Shown: piece by piece, positions 46,891 through 62,100 of the stretch
How positions within the stretch are numbered: the first letter of the stretch is position 1
Layout: each line of letters begins with the position of its first letter
From: Amoebidium appalachense
Taxonomy: Eukaryota; Protista; Ichthyosporea
DNA: 64,000 nucleotides
NCBI GenBank assembly: GCA_963693365.1
Contig: CAVNZM010000013.1
Span: 8,618,940-8,682,939 of the forward strand
Direction of reading: 5' to 3'
Made by a program: the position numbers and the translations under genes
The notes under the pieces: generated by a model
The model's database searches: none
What the model was told of the DNA's origin: nothing
What the model saw: the letters and a program-made list of their open reading frames with translations, nothing else

Positions 46891-48085
46891 AAGATTGCTG
46901 ATGTGCTCCCAGCCGAACGGAACCCCCTCAAGCTCAACAAGGGGCCCACACAGGCAACCATCGGGGCAGTCAGAGGAAACACTCGTAGCCTGTCCCTGGC
47001 CATGGGCACCCTGCCTACCATGGCACGGCTACACCGAGATCACCCCACCGTCGTTACACAGCCCACATGCCCCCGGTGCAGCCAGCACCCTGAGACCACC
47101 ACCCACCTCTGGGCCTGCCCGGCCCATGCCGGGGAAGTCCCCACCCTGACCACCGCCATCACAGCCTGCATCCACAACGTCCTGCACACTCGTCATCCAA
47201 ACACCCCCACGGCACAGCACCACCATACGGCAGCCACGGTGGTAGACCAATGTGCATGGATAAACTGGATAGGAGGCAACGGTGTCCCACCTGACCCCGA
47301 AGACACCAAGTGGGTCGAACGGGGATTCTGCCCACGATCGGTGGGCCCACTACTTGCAGCCACCGGCACCACCAAGACCACCACCCGGGCCATCTTAGGA
47401 AAAATCACAGTAGAGTTGCAATCCTTTTTCTTTTCAAAAATTTGGCACCCACGGAACACAACATTCCCCCCCACCCACCCCAAAATGCAAAAACACCACC
47501 ATATACCCACCACCCGTAGAAAGAAAAGTATGGCTCTCCAAAAACCCAAAACACCAACAAATACACCCCCCACACACACCCGGCCGGCCTGTTCTGACTG
47601 CCGGAACACACACAGACCCGGTGTGCCCTGTAAAACCCACCTTTTAGTCCACAAAAACATCGCCACAACACACGTACAACAACACATAATGTTAGGCAGC
47701 AACCCCCCACCACCACCACCACCACACCCCATCATCCACCCATACCCACCGTAAATATTATACACAACACCTAGGACTTCCCAATACTGTAGATCGACCA
47801 ATGAGAGCCCTCGGTTAACGTTTATTGCTAGGTTTTGAATGGAGGGGAGGACTGGAGCCTCCTGCCGGCGTGGCTGGGGTAGTAGCCATGGGCAAAGTGT
47901 GTACTTATAGTTAGGTTGTGAAGGATGGTTTAGCTTAGCTGAACTCATAGATAGCACCTTAACTGTACTGTCGGTGCTGTGTGGTAGACGGTAGTTTCCC
48001 TAGAGGGCCTGAAAAGGCCCTCCGGGAACAAAACGTGATAAAATAAAATAAATATAAAAATAAAAAATAAAAAATATAAATAAAA
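46891..48085 (+). mobile_element. LINE family A, right half: C-terminal CCHC zinc-knuckle region, 3' UTR and A-rich tail
   Basis: GTLPTMARLH..CPRCSQHPETTTHLWAC, stop at 47754, 3' UTR matching 99-386, A-rich tail from ~48038. Confidence 0.9.
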
Positions 48086-48438
48086 AATTTGGGAGAATCG
48101 ATCCGGCCTCTTCCGCTTATCATGCACATGGGCCAAAGTTCGTCATAACATCAGAAAATAAATAGAAAAAAACCCCCCAAATAAATAACGGCATATCCTA
48201 TAGGCCTAATAGCTAACTGATTCTATCTACTACTCTCTACTGTGTCTATACATGATTACGAAAAGCAATAATCGTATACGATCTTGATCGACGTTCTTGT
48301 CAATGAGCAGGACTTGAACATCCGTGCGCGGCACGTGCGCAATCAGCAATGTCGATATATGTTGCCCGCTCCTGACAGTAGTGTACTTGCCGTCCTGTTG
48401 CCGTGACACCAGCTGCAGCACGTGTATCACCAACGTGT

Positions 48439-48512
<74 letters not shown>

Positions 48513-48989
48513 TATGCACGTGTGTGTGTGTGTGTGTATGCGCGCGGTTGTGTTTGTGCACACGTGCGGTGTGTGTGTGCGCGCGTGCGCGCCATGGTGC
48601 ACATCTGTGTGCGTGCGTGTGTACATGTGTACAGTGTCACGGTGTCACGTGGGTGGATGTGTGTGTGTGTGTGGGGGGGGGGGGTTCAAGCAGTAAATCT
48701 CGACGTCCCCGGGCCCCTGGTGGTACTACCCTCCGGATCCCCCCCCCCCCCCCCCCCCCCTCCCCGACCCCCTCCCCTAGGTAGCGTGCAGAGGTGGGTG
48801 GGTCCCGCCCTTCCCTCCCCCCCCTAGGCCACCCCCCCCTCTTCCTCGCCCTCCCTCCCTCCCCCCCCTCCGGCCTCCGGCCAGGGGCGAGTGGGGTGGT
48901 GCACGTGGGTCGGCAACCCCCTCCCCCGTGACTGCGCGTGCGCGTGATCATGGCCAGAGTCTCTTTTCCACCCACCAAGGTTACGACCA

Positions 48990-51440
48990 TCTCTCACCTT
49001 AGGTCACTTATAATTAGGTCAAACACTTTCCCACGATTCTTGTATTTCCACCCTCGAGAGTCTAGGACGATTTGGCCCTTCCATCACTATTACATGTAGC
49101 CCTGATAAACCCGACACACTCACCTCCACAGATGGCTATTATTCCTAATTATTCCACCTTAATTCTGCTCCTTCCACGCACCCTTCGTATTCTTTACTCT
49201 CCACACCACCTTTCTGGCCGATTGATTCTTCCTTTCCAAGCGAATATTTGAGCTATTTTATTGCTGCACACGTTCAACGTGCTATTTCTGCCCTAAAACC
49301 CAAGAAGGCTTGTGGTCCGGATGCCCTTCCACCCGCGCTTCCTAAGGCATTGTGGCCTCCGCCCGTTATTACCAAAGGCGGGAATACGCCGCCTCCACCC
49401 CCCTTTGCGTATTTGGTGAGCGAGTTTTTCTCTGCCTTCCATGAGTTGGGATTCATTCCTTCGTCGTGGAATGACACCATCATTAATCCAGTCCGTAAGA
49501 AGGTCTCTACTGGTCCGATTTCTTCCTTCCGGCCAGTCACCTTAACTAACATATTTCGTCGCCTAATCGAGTCCTGCATATTGCGTGCCTTCCACAAGCA
49601 TGAGACCTTATCGAGTATCTTCCGGTTTAGCAATATTCAGGGCGGATTTCGGCATGCTTATTCGTGCTATACTCATGCTCTTCTATTACATGACACTAAT
49701 CGTTCTGGATGTCGCGAGGTATGCTTTATCGACCTTAAGAATGCCTATGACACGGTTCCAACGAATTTGCTGTGGCACAAGTTGGCCTCTCGAGGGCTAC
49801 CTCTTCCCTTTGGTCGGCTACTTCAGGCGTTATTTGACCGCACCCATGGGGCTGCCGTTGTGAATGGGGTACTGAGTAACGGATTCAACGTACTCGAGGC
49901 CTTTTACAGGGCTCACTTTTGAGTCCCCTTCTCTTTGATGTCTTTATTGACGACTTAGCGGTAGAAATTCAACAATTTCCAGTTGCCGGCGACTCTTGTG
50001 TATCCAACCTTTTTTTTAGCTGATGATATTGTCTTAGTCACTCGCGATCCTTCTATTATGAATAACATGCTTTCTCGAGTAGATGGCTGGTGTTTCCGGA
50101 ATTTCATGAAAATTGGGATAGATAAATGCAGCACCTATTCTTCCAATGCACAGTACACTCTGAACAATCAACCTATCCCAATCACGTCCTCCTATGACTA
50201 TTTAGGTATTCCTTTCACCTCTAAGGGTATCTGGTTTAAGCACCTTTTGACTTCGCGCATTTCTCGTGCGCGTGGTCGCTTATAATCTATCAAGGAATAT
50301 TCGCAAATATCTCTAATATTCATCCTGCCAATTTCCTCACTCTTTATAAAGTTTTTCTTCGTCCATGTTTCGAATATGGCCTCCCGTTACTCTTGTGTGC
50401 CCCTCCACGGCAACAGCGCGCGGCTCTTCAGGAATTCGATTCCTTTCAGCCTGAATTCATCCAGTTTATTTCTCGAACCTCACGTAGGCATCCTTTGGCG
50501 GCTCCCTTGCTGAGTGTTTTTGGTCTCCCTCCGGCGCGCCAGCGTATGAATGAATTAGGACTTCGCTTTTGTTTTCATTTGGTTAGGCTTCCTTCTTATC
50601 ATCCCTTGTTGCAATTCTTTCCTTCTTTAGCACCTGTTCCCGGCATTTCTAATGTTCGTGCGAAATGTCCTATCCCCAATCTTTCTCCCATTCCGAGAAA
50701 TCCTTTTAAATACTTATCTCCTTTACTTTTCTCTTCAACTAGTTATCAGCAGTATGTTACTTGGCTTCATGCTCAATATCCTTTGCTTCATCGTTGTGAT
50801 AAAGAGTGTCATGGTAGGGCTCTTGAGCCTGTGCTTCTTTTTATATTAGAGACTCGTCTATTTTCTTTACAGTCGTTGTGTAGATTAGCTACTTATAATT
50901 ATCCTTCCTCTCGTAAACCTACCACACTTACCGATTTTGCATTTCTAACCCCTCCTTGTGATATAGCTTGGAAATGTTTATTTTAGCGCTGTAACCTTTG
51001 TTTCCATAAATGCTTGTGCCACTTTTGTGCAGAACCTTTTTCTCGTAAACACTTAGATAGCTGTATTTATTTATCTCAGATTATTCCGTTAGAAATTAGA
51101 AGACTGGCTTATTTAGATAATCCTGATATGACGTCTATTGACTATCTGTTGAACCACGGTATGTTTAACGAGTTTTCTAAGGTGTATGATTATTTAAGTC
51201 GGTATCTCCTCCTTATCCAAGAGTGAGGGCTTTTATATTTTTTTCTCCGAGATATCGGTGATATCTCGATGGCTTCTATTTTGCTGAGCATATCAATAAA
51301 GTCATTATAATAATTATAAAAATTTCAAACTTTTTGTAGTCGTTTCCTTTTTTTCTTTTCTTTTTTTTTCCCCTTAAAGTTTTCTTTTTTTTTCTTCACT
51401 GAGTCCTCCTTTTGACTGAATATTTCCTAGTTTGGCCAAT
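48990..51440 (+). mobile_element. Degenerate non-LTR retrotransposon, family C (related to family B)
   Basis: Frameshifted RT with KACGPDALP, GPISSFRPVTLT, FIDLKNAYDTV, FLADD, YDYLGI, EYGLPLL and C-terminal CHFC..RKHLDSC. A 9-bp stem CGAGATATC/GATATCTCG lies in the 3' UTR. Limits are approximate. Confidence 0.88.
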
Positions 51441-51449
51441 CATACATAT

Positions 51450-51897
<448 letters not shown>

Positions 51898-52283
51898 TCA
51901 TACATATCCCCTCCCCCCCCCCCCCCCCCCTCCCCCCCCTCCCCCCTCTTCCCCCCCCCCCCCCACACACACACACACATGTACACACACACACACACAC
52001 GTACAAACGGCTTCTTCTGCCGGATGCATACTCTTTGTGTGTTCTTTGGACTTTTGGAAGGTTTCACTTTGTGTTAAGTCCGCGGCAAACGTGTACTACA
52101 GTAACTATATTATGCTCTGTAAAATTTTCTAACGACTCCCCCCCCCCCCATCCCCACCATCACCCCCCTCCCGCCCACTCACCTCCCCCTCCTCCCCCCC
52201 CACCCTGCTCATTTACACAAGTAAATGCGCGTCGTGCACATGTCATGTGCACACATGCACACGCACACACACATCTACAGACA

Positions 52284-52362
<79 letters not shown>

Positions 52363-53865
52363 ACACAGACACACATGCAACGGTCTGTATGAAATATTGG
52401 GGGCAAGGTTATATCGTGCTCACCGTGCAGTGTTCGTGTGTGCGCATCTGTGTGGCGGGAAATGTATGTGTGTGTGGTGTGGGTGAGTGTATCCGATCCG
52501 GGATGTTCATGCGTATGTCGAGTGCTCATTGCTGGTCAAAGTTTGTGCAACGGCGTGTGCGTGCAGTAGTACTACATGCGTGTGCAGGTATGTGTGAATT
52601 CAATACGGCGAAAGTGTGTGCGTGTGTGTGCGCGCCCAGTGGGGCGACTGGAGAATAGTTCGAGAGGGGGGGGAAGGGGGGGGGAGGGGGGGGGAGGGGG
52701 GGGAGGGGGCGGCCGGGGAGGAAGGGCGGACTCCGAAGGGAGGGTGGGGAGTATGACCGTAGAATATATAGCCGGATTTTAGGTAATCAACTTGTGACTC
52801 CTATTGGTTAGCCTCCATGTTTACGTTTTGCCATTGTATGCATATGTAAACCGCTGCTGAATGATGTTAATATTATGTGATTAGCTTATCTATTATGGTC
52901 ACAGTATGGCAGCCTATGGGGCGTGTGGGTCCCCCGCTCCCCCCCCCCCCCCCCCCCCCCCCCTCCCTTCCGGGGGGGGGGGGGGGGGGGGGGGGGGAGG
53001 GGGGGGGAGGGGGGGGGGGGGACCCAGCTACTCAGGCGGGTGGTGGTCCCCCTCCCCCTGCTAGCCGGAGGGGGGGTGGGTTCCTCTTCTCTCCCCCCAA
53101 GTTCTCTACCCGCGTCCCCGTTTCAATATCACTGCCCGTTAAACAGTGCCACACCGACACGGTAGTGACACTGTGTGTTTTAAATGTGTACAAGTGTATG
53201 CGTGTGCGCGCGTGCCTGTATTCATGGTACACATGTGTCACATGTGGGTGCGTACATGTGCATGGGTAACGTGGGTACTACTAATCTAAGAGTGTGCCTC
53301 GGCTATTTTCTATTGGCCACTATGTGTGTGTGCGCGGGTATATGCGTGTACACGCCTGCATGTGTGCTGTGGACAGCCTCACGGTGTGCGGGGTTGTTCT
53401 GTTCTGTGGGGGAGAGGGGGTGGGGGGGGGGGGGGGGTGAGAAGGGGCCCGGCAGGGGAGTCCGATGATTGACAAAAGGTCCATACTGCAACCAAATTTC
53501 AAAATGTGCGTACGGGCCGTCATAAAATGGACACTTCTTGTTTTCCTGCCCCGTAAAAACCCGCCAGATGCAAGGCTTTCAGCAGTGACTTGTGCATTCA
53601 ATTGCAACCAGATATCCCATGTCCGAGCGAGTGGCCGTGCACTGACTGCTCCCCCCCCCCCCCCCCCCACCCCCCTCACCCCTCCTCCTGTACCTCCCCC
53701 TGCCACCACTCCCACCGCCCCTACCACCACCATGGTCACCACCACCAGGCCAGATCACTTCTTTAGACACCTGTTAGACCGGCCAGACTCGCACCTCTGA
53801 GGCACAATATGTATGCCTTTATGTAGCCAACATTATAAGGTTTGGCATTTCGAAGGGAAAAGGCT

Positions 53866-53914
<49 letters not shown>

Positions 53915-54478
53915 GACGGGCCGGTAATAGGGCTGGTTGGCTCGAAGGGCAAGAGCGGGAAGTGGGGGGGGGGGGGGGGGGGGGGGGGGAGGGGGGGGGC
54001 AACCCACCCCCCACACAACTAAAAATGCCCCCCCCCCCCCCCCCCCCCCCCCCCTCCCTCTCTCTCTCTTTCTCCCCTCCACCCCTTCCCAACGCCTTTA
54101 CCTTTTCCCCCTGTTGTTCCCTCTCCCCCATCCCCCAAAACACGCACATACACGGAAACTTAACCTTCCTCCGAATGTCCCAAATTTAGAGTTTGATGTT
54201 CCCAAGGTCTCAGGCTCACGGCACAGCACATTAGTCTGCGCTTGCACAATCTCTACTGGTGGACTGCCAAGACACCTGAACCAACAAAAAAAGGGGGGGG
54301 GGGGGGGGGGGGGGGGGGAGGCAGAAATGAACAGAGAAAATTTATGTGCATCCAACGAACTCAAAGGGTTACATGTATGTGAAACCAATAAAACCACAGA
54401 GATACTGTATATGATCCAAAGATACGGTATGTGCAGTGATCGTCGAGATCTGTGTGCAGCCAATCAAGTCATAGGATT

Positions 54479-54576
54479 AAAAGTATGTGAAACCAATGCG
54501 GCCACTGGTTAATTGTATATGGAACCTAAAAGTATGTGAAACCAATGCGGCCACTGGTTAATTGTATATGGAACCA
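54479..54576. repeat. ~49-bp tandem duplication within a degenerate CCAAT-rich repeat zone
   Basis: AAAGTATGTGAAACCAATGCGGCCACTGGTTAATTGTATATGGAACC occurs twice. Confidence 0.85.
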
Positions 54577-56409
54577 ATAAAGTAATAGGGTTAAACATAT
54601 CAAGTCATGACGGTTAGAAATATGCAAAACATTCGATTAACTTCACATGAACTTTTGTATCTAAAACTAACAAATCCATAGTGTCCAATGCACGTGCATC
54701 CCAACTTAGAGTTATACTGTGACGGTTAAGGGTACATGCAGCTCATTTTAAAAAGTGTTAATGGGGCAGGCTATCGTGTGGTCCAGGCCGGCCCTTCCCA
54801 CCTTCCCCTTCCCCCTTCCCCCTTCCCTCCGGGCCTTTTCCCTGGGTCCCACGCAGGCACACGCGTGCGCGCGCGCACGCGCGCGCGCACACGCACACAC
54901 ACACACACATACACACACACAGACATACACGGTCTCTCTCTTTCTCTCTCTCTCTCTTTCTCTCCCCCCCCCCCCCCTCTCTCTCTCTCTCTCTCCTCCC
55001 CTCTTCCCCCCCCCCCCCCCCTCTTCCCCCCTCCCCCCCCCCCCCCCCTTCTCCCAACCCTCTCCCCCCCTCCCCAAAACCCTCTTCCCTCCCCCGGCCC
55101 CCCCTCCCCCTCCGGTTCATTCTCTCTCTCTCCCTCTCCCCCCCCATCCCCTCCCTCTCTCCCTCAACTCCCGCCGGGCTTATGCTGCTCCCCAACCCAC
55201 ATCTTCCCAAAGTTTTCTTCCTGATTTTCCTGTTTTTCTCTTCCTCCGGCGATCCCTCCCCCCCCCCCCCCCCCCCCCCCCCTCCCCCCCCACACGGCAC
55301 ACACCCACAAATGGCCACACGGGTGAATGGTGCATGCTCGTGATTCGTGAATGGTGCATGCACGTGGTTGGTGGGTGGTGCCTGCACGTGATTGGGCCGA
55401 GGTCACCCAGACATGTGGACATTGCCGGGGCACAGCAACGTCCTTTAGATATCACTGACCTCTTGGTGGGAGGGTGCAGGGCCACCCCGGGGGAGGAAGG
55501 GGGGGAGAGAGGGGGGGGGGGGTATGGTTATGTGCACAGCAAAGTCACAAAGGCAGGACTGTGGCTTGGTCAGTCTCCGTCCAAGCCGCCCAAGCCCCCC
55601 CCCCCCCCCCCCCCCCCCATCCCCCTCTAAAGTTTTAACTCTGGTCGGGTTGTGGGACAGCCCTAGCAAGTGGCTGATAGTATGATGCCTGCTGTTGTTA
55701 TTCCTTTTTGTGCCTGTGTGTGCGTGTGTTTGTTTGTTTTGTTTTTTTTTTGGGGGGGGGGGGGGGAGGGGGGGGTGTGGTTTTGGGAGGGTGGAACCCC
55801 AACACCAAGTCTAAGAAGGGAGGGGGAGGTGGATGGGAAAGAAAGTGCAATCTAGAGCCGCACGCATGGGGGGGAGGGGGGGGGAAGGGGGAGGGGAGGA
55901 GTGGGGGGGGAGGGGGGGGGGATATTTTGCCGCATGCAGGGCGGTATAATTTAAGACGTGTGGGATGGGGGTGATGGGTGGGGGGCCGTGTGGGGGGGGA
56001 GGTGGGGGGGTAGGGGGGGTTGCAATTTATTGCCGCATGATGCAGTGGGGAAGGCTGACTTGCTGTAAATTATTGCTGGGTGCGGCAGGGGAGGGGAAAA
56101 TGGCAATAAATAGCTGTGTAGGAATGGGGTGCCGCAATCGTTAGCTGCACACAGGGGGGGGGGGGGGGGGGGGGGGGGGGTATTGGCCATCTGATGATAG
56201 CCGCTTTCAGTAGGCTTTAGCCTCATGCCGTGTGTGTGCGCGCATGCGTGTCTGTGTGTGTGTGTGGGGGGGGGGGGGGGGGGGGGGGGAGGGGAGGGAG
56301 GGATGGGGGGGGGGTGGGGGGGTGGGGGAAAGTTGGCAAAGGAGGATAATATCTAGCCCCATGGTGTGTGGGTGTCAGAGATCAGGTGTAGTTGTGTGTG
56401 TATGTGTTG

Positions 56410-56452
<43 letters not shown>

Positions 56453-56618
56453 GGGGGGGGGGAGGGGAGGGGGGTGGGGGAGGGGAGGGGGGGGGGGGGG
56501 GGGGGGAGGCGGGGGGGGGGAGGCGGGGAAAGGCAATGGGCGCCGTAGCACCGTGATTGGGGAGGAAATGAAGGAGAAGGGCATGCGGGGGCATGGGAGG
56601 CGAGGGGGCCCCCGGGGT

Positions 56619-57116
56619 TGTGAAGCCTAATTTAGATGGTGTGTTTGGGACTGTGAGGCCTAGTATAGATGGTGTGGGGGGGACTGTAAAGCCTAATATA
56701 GATGGTGTGGGGGGGACTGTAAAGCCTAATATAGATGGTGTGGGGGGGACTGTGAAGCCTGATGTAGATGGTGTGGGGGGGACTGTGAAGCCTAATATAG
56801 ATGGTGTGGGGGGGACTGTGAAGCCTAATATAGATGGTGTGGGGGGGACTGTGAAGCCTAATATGGATGGTGTGGGGGCCCGGGGACTGTGACTAGTAAT
56901 ATAGATGGTGTGGAGGGGACTGTAAAGCCTAATATAGATGTGTGGGGGGGATTGTGAAACCTAATATAGATGATGTGGGGGCCTGACTGTGAAGCCTAAT
57001 ATAGATGGTGTGGAGGGGACTGTAAAGCCTAATATAAATGGTGTGGGGGGGATTGTGAAGCCTAATATAGATGGTGGGGGGGGGGGATTATGAAGCCTAA
57101 TTTAGATGGTGTGGGG
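56619..57116. repeat. 33-bp minisatellite, ~15 copies
   Basis: Unit TGTGAAGCCTAATATAGATGGTGTGGGGGGGAC; produces the GTVKPNIDGVG pseudo-ORF. Confidence 0.95.
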
Positions 57117-57958
57117 TGCGGGAAGGGCAGAGTGCTGCATTCCTAAGACAATGGCAACGGGCTCTGGCCAGCAACATTATTTCGAAGAGGAACCAGAAAT
57201 AGAACGGAGCTCGAGAGGGGGGGGGGGGGGGGGGGGGGGCTTGAAAAATCTGTGCTTGGCCAGTATGTGGATGATACTTGCATGTGCCACACGACTGAAG
57301 AGCCATGGCGATAGCAGAGGACGGACTGCACAAGACGTGATATGTGCAGTGCCTGTGTCTGCTTGACCACATGTGGGTGGACCAGGTGGTGCACGTGATT
57401 GGCAATTCTTTAAGAAGGGGAGGGGGGGGATGCCTGGTGGTGCACGTGGTGATGGTGAATTTTTAAATCCCACGGGGGCGGGACACACTACACATATGCA
57501 TGCAGGGTCACAACCAATATCCCTCCTACCCTCACTAGACGTGTTGGTGCGTACAATACAGTAGCAAAGAGCATCCAGTGCAATGGACTGCTGCACAGCA
57601 ACTTCTGTGCACAGCCACGCCATGAGCCGTAAACACAGAACACACCGCCTTACATGTTTTAAACACAGACTCTACACTTGCCTTACATGTGTACAAGCCC
57701 AGAACACACCGCCTTACAATGTCATGTGTGTGCTGACTGGGATGTGCAAGAGCACAAATCATTGTGTCCAGGTGGGGTTATGGTAGGTGGGTGCATGCGG
57801 ATTAGTGGCAATTGCAATGTTATATCTGGTGGGCACGTGGTGGCATACAGTGGGTGAAGGCCACAGTGTGATGCATGTGCGCAGGTGCACAGCAAGGAGG
57901 TGGTGTGTGTGTGTGTGTGTGTGTGTGTGTTTCAAGGGGCGGCGGGGAGGGGGGGGGT

Positions 57959-58006
<48 letters not shown>

Positions 58007-59179
58007 GAGCATGCATTGGAGGGGTAGAAATATCGAAGAGAGGGCACCAAAGGACAAAACATCATAAACTACGCAAAATGAAAAAAACCAAAATTAACGA
58101 CTATGAATGTCTTTCTCTTTCGTGACGCAATTTTTTATCCATGTCTGGACTTTCCTAAAACGAACATTTCATATATGGCGATTACCAATCAGTGCGCTTA
58201 GTTTTATCGGTTTCGGCTGATCGTGAGCCACCATGTGCATGATCCGGTGACGTCATTCCTAAATTTGTGACATCATCAATGACATCAGGCTAATAATAAA
58301 TTACGTCATAATGGAGAAAAGCCGACATAGACCTTAAATCATACAACGGGACAAATAGAAAACGTGCAGGCAGAAGACACTTGAACAGAACCCATCTCCG
58401 GCGGGGAGGGGGTTTTGGAGTTCTTTTCTCTTCTTGCAGTGGCCATGTGCACGTACAGTACACGTGAAATGCAATGCCCCAAGGACTTTGGCAACAGGCA
58501 GGAGGCAAGGAGACTATCGGTGGTGATGGAACCTTTATTTGCTATCTACACCATCCCCTTAAGTGGGGAGCACAGTTGAAACTCAAAGGCGGTAATTACA
58601 GATTTGCACCACACGGTGCCTGCACAGACTACACCAGAACTAAAAAATTCCGGGAAATTTCCATGGTGAAGCATATCCTATGTATATGTGTTGACCTAGA
58701 CAAATGTGAAACATTGTGCTATGTAACAATGGCGAGACAGGAGAACACAGTTGTGCATATTCGAGAAAATCATTCGGTTAACACCCTTTTACGCAGAACA
58801 TGCCTTGATGGTGTGTTTCATCAGACAGACTTTCGGATATGTTTCGTCGGAGTCAGAGTTTAGGGCAGGGCAAAATATTTCCATCACTTACGTCAAAAAA
58901 AAATCAGACATTAAGGTTGGTGTGTGGCGGCATAGGACATGTAAATCATCATGGGCATAACAAGCATCAGGAAACGTTAGCAAGTTGTTTATCATCAAAT
59001 GTGCAACAAGAAAACATAAAAAGAGAACAAGATACATTCAACGTCAGATAGGAACATGAAAACACCAAGAAAAGACAAGACACGGAAACACGGTGGCATA
59101 GTGGCGGGTAAATGTCCACCCGATGTGTGCCGATACGACGATGTGCGCGTGTAGTGTGTGTGCACGTGTTTTGATTGGC

Positions 59180-62100
59180 TCAGAACATGCTCATGTCGTC
59201 ATCCTGCTCATCTGCCGTCTGCTGCCCCGCAGCCATGTGTGTTTCCAACGAACCCTCCTGCCGCATTTTCCTGCAGAACCCCCATCAGATATGTTAAGAC
59301 CCCTCCTTCCTCCTTTTCTCCAACCAGCACAAACGACACTACTAAATACCCCCCCCCCCCCCCCCCCCCCCACCCTCTTAAACCACACCAAGCACACGCC
59401 ACCCAGCAGCATGCACGGGCTGCACATGATAGAGGGCCATGGAAGAGTATAGAAAAGCATGGGCGGAGGTAGGCAGCCACCTGTTTCTGCTGGACACCAC
59501 GGCGTAGACCTTGCCGATGGGCAGGTCCCTGTATGCCCGGTTGAAGGCCTCGACCGAGCCGAGACGCTGGTACTCCTCGTAGAGTTTCTTGCGCTGCGAG
59601 TAGATGCTGCGCTCACGCCTGCACCCCCACACCCACTTTAGCATACGGCCCCATCACCATGGCGGCGTGATTTAGCAAGTGTGGATGGATGCAAAGAGAG
59701 GTGGTGGTGGTGGAGTTGGGGGGGGGGTTGGCCAGACGAAAAACAACCTCGTGGGGAGGCCTGGGTTCGTTTGATGCATCTATGGCAATATAGCACACAC
59801 AGACACACTTGGAGCGCAAGCCAAGCACCCATCCACACCTCAATCGAATATGCGCCCACCCACCCACCCTAATCGAATATGCGCCCACCCACCCCTAATT
59901 GAATATGCAACCCACCCACACCCCATTTGAATCTGTACCCACACCCAATCGCACCTGCGCATGCCGATAGTCCAGTCCTTGAGTGCCGGGCACGTAGGCC
60001 CCTCCCCCCTCTCCCACTGCTCAATAATTTGCTCGATGCACGTGACCCCCCGTGGGATCTTTACCACCACCGGCTCCTCCCCCTGTTCCCCCTCTGGACC
60101 CCTCCCACCACCTAGCAGGTGTTCCATGTCTTTCTGCTTTGCTGGTGTGGGCGGTGCTGGGGCAGAGGCTGGGGCTGGGGGGGTCACGGGGAGGGGAGGT
60201 TGCTGCTGGGTGCTGCTCTGCAGGGGGGATGCAGCCGTGTCCATTGTCTCCGTGTGGCCGGAAATGGCCCGGGCACCCGGTGTGTATGAGGTGAGCGGGG
60301 GGGTGGGCTCGAGGTATGTCTGGGAGGAGATGGGGTGGGGTTAGTATGGTGGTGGGTGCGGGCACGGTTGGTGTTGCGCACCAATATCCGCTATACGAGG
60401 GGGCCAAAAAAAGTTGGACTATATCTTCGTTGCTCTATCCCCCCCCCCCCCACACACAGACACACACTCGTCTCCCTTCATTGGTCACAAGTCGTAGTTG
60501 GTCTTTGCACGTTGTTTTTGCAGGGAAAGTGTGGGCAGAGGCATGTGGGCATAAGGTGGATTCCAGGGCCACACACACACACACCTGCAGGGGGTCGCCC
60601 TGGCGCAGCTGGCCGGTGGTGGCCAGGTGCAGGCCGGCCGACTGGGGCAGGGTCTGCAGCTGGTAGCTGCCGGCCAGGCCGGGGGACACTTCCATGGCGC
60701 CCAGGCTGGGCCGATGACGGGTCACCTGCACGCCGTAGGGCAGCCCCTGGCTGCTGTTGGCCAGGCCCAGCGAGTGCTGCCCCTGCTGCTGCGTGGGGGG
60801 TCAGACGTGCATCCACCTGTATCCCTGATATGGCTACAAGGCCAACCAAAGGACACTTGGCAGGATCGTGCTAAGATCCCAGGTCTTAAAACTAATGCTT
60901 AGCCGCATGTAGCAGCATGATCCACATCGGTCTGCCCATATTTCCAAAAATGGAAAGCTATAGCTTAATTGGCTGCTCCCTTGCCCCGCACACTTTGGCC
61001 TCTGGATTCACTCAAGATGCACACATCATTCTTTTGATCCATCTGCCATCACTTTCATCATCAAATAGCTACGAATTTACGTGGCCTATAAGCTTATAAA
61101 TTCTGCCTTTGCCTTAGTGTCTTCGTACCATCATCCCAACATGTGCATTTCCTGGTTTTTAGCAGGAGAAATCCTGCAAAAAAAACAAAAAAACACACAC
61201 CACAAGTATATTCCAAGACCCACTATTTAGGTTTCCCTCATAACCCAAGACAACAGCTATACACGTGCCTACACTGCACCATGCACAAACATCTCCCACG
61301 GCCCACATGCGCAAGAGAAAGAGAGAGAAGAAACACGCACCGGCACATATCCCGTCAGGACCCGCTGCTGTGGGGATGACCGGGCCAGCTGGTGCTGCTG
61401 GGGGCTAACCCCAGATACGGTCGATGCACTCACCGTGCGCTGCTTAACTACCCCTGCAGGCTGCCCTTGTTTGGCAGCCCCTAGCCCGGGTTTACCCCCG
61501 GTTGTGATCTTGGACGGATGCAATACAGGCGTAGAGTCTGCCCGCCTGCGCACGGCCATACCAACAGCAAGTGGATTTGTTAGCGAGTCATTGACCGGCA
61601 GTTGGTTTTGAAACCCCTGGGGGGCCTCAATTTTTACCAACGTGGCTCCCTGTGAGGGATTTGCTGAAATTTGGCCCGTGCTGCTGATGGAGTATGTGTG
61701 GTAGGTGAATGCGGGCTGCTGCTGTGTGTGCTGGGCAGACTGGTGCTGGGAGGGCTGCTGGATTGCATACTGGGCCGTGATCTGCTGCACTGAGTCGGCC
61801 TGTGTCTGTGCATAGTCGTAGTAGGCCGGCTGCAGCATCTGCTGCTGGAACGTGTTGACCTGTGGCGTGGATTGTGCTACTGTGTAGTGTGTGACCCCCC
61901 TGTTGTCGGGGTAGGTAAGATCCGAGGAAAAAGGTGTACTATCGCTAATAATCGTATCCCCAATGCGCGCCTGTTGAGGCCACGCAATTCTTTGCTCCGA
62001 GAGAGTGTACGCCTGCGTCTGTGACTGTGTTTGCTGTGCGGTCGCTACGGTGGTGTATGGGTTGTAGCGCAGGGTGGCCTGCTGCTGCTGCTGTTGAAAT

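Noticed and set aside
53460-53865. Complex island with short ORFs on both strands
   Set aside because: No recognisable motif and no consistent exon chain.
58310-59051. Overlapping short ORFs after a CRE/CCAAT-rich stretch
   Set aside because: Stops and frame changes, no recognisable family; may be a decayed element or UTR.
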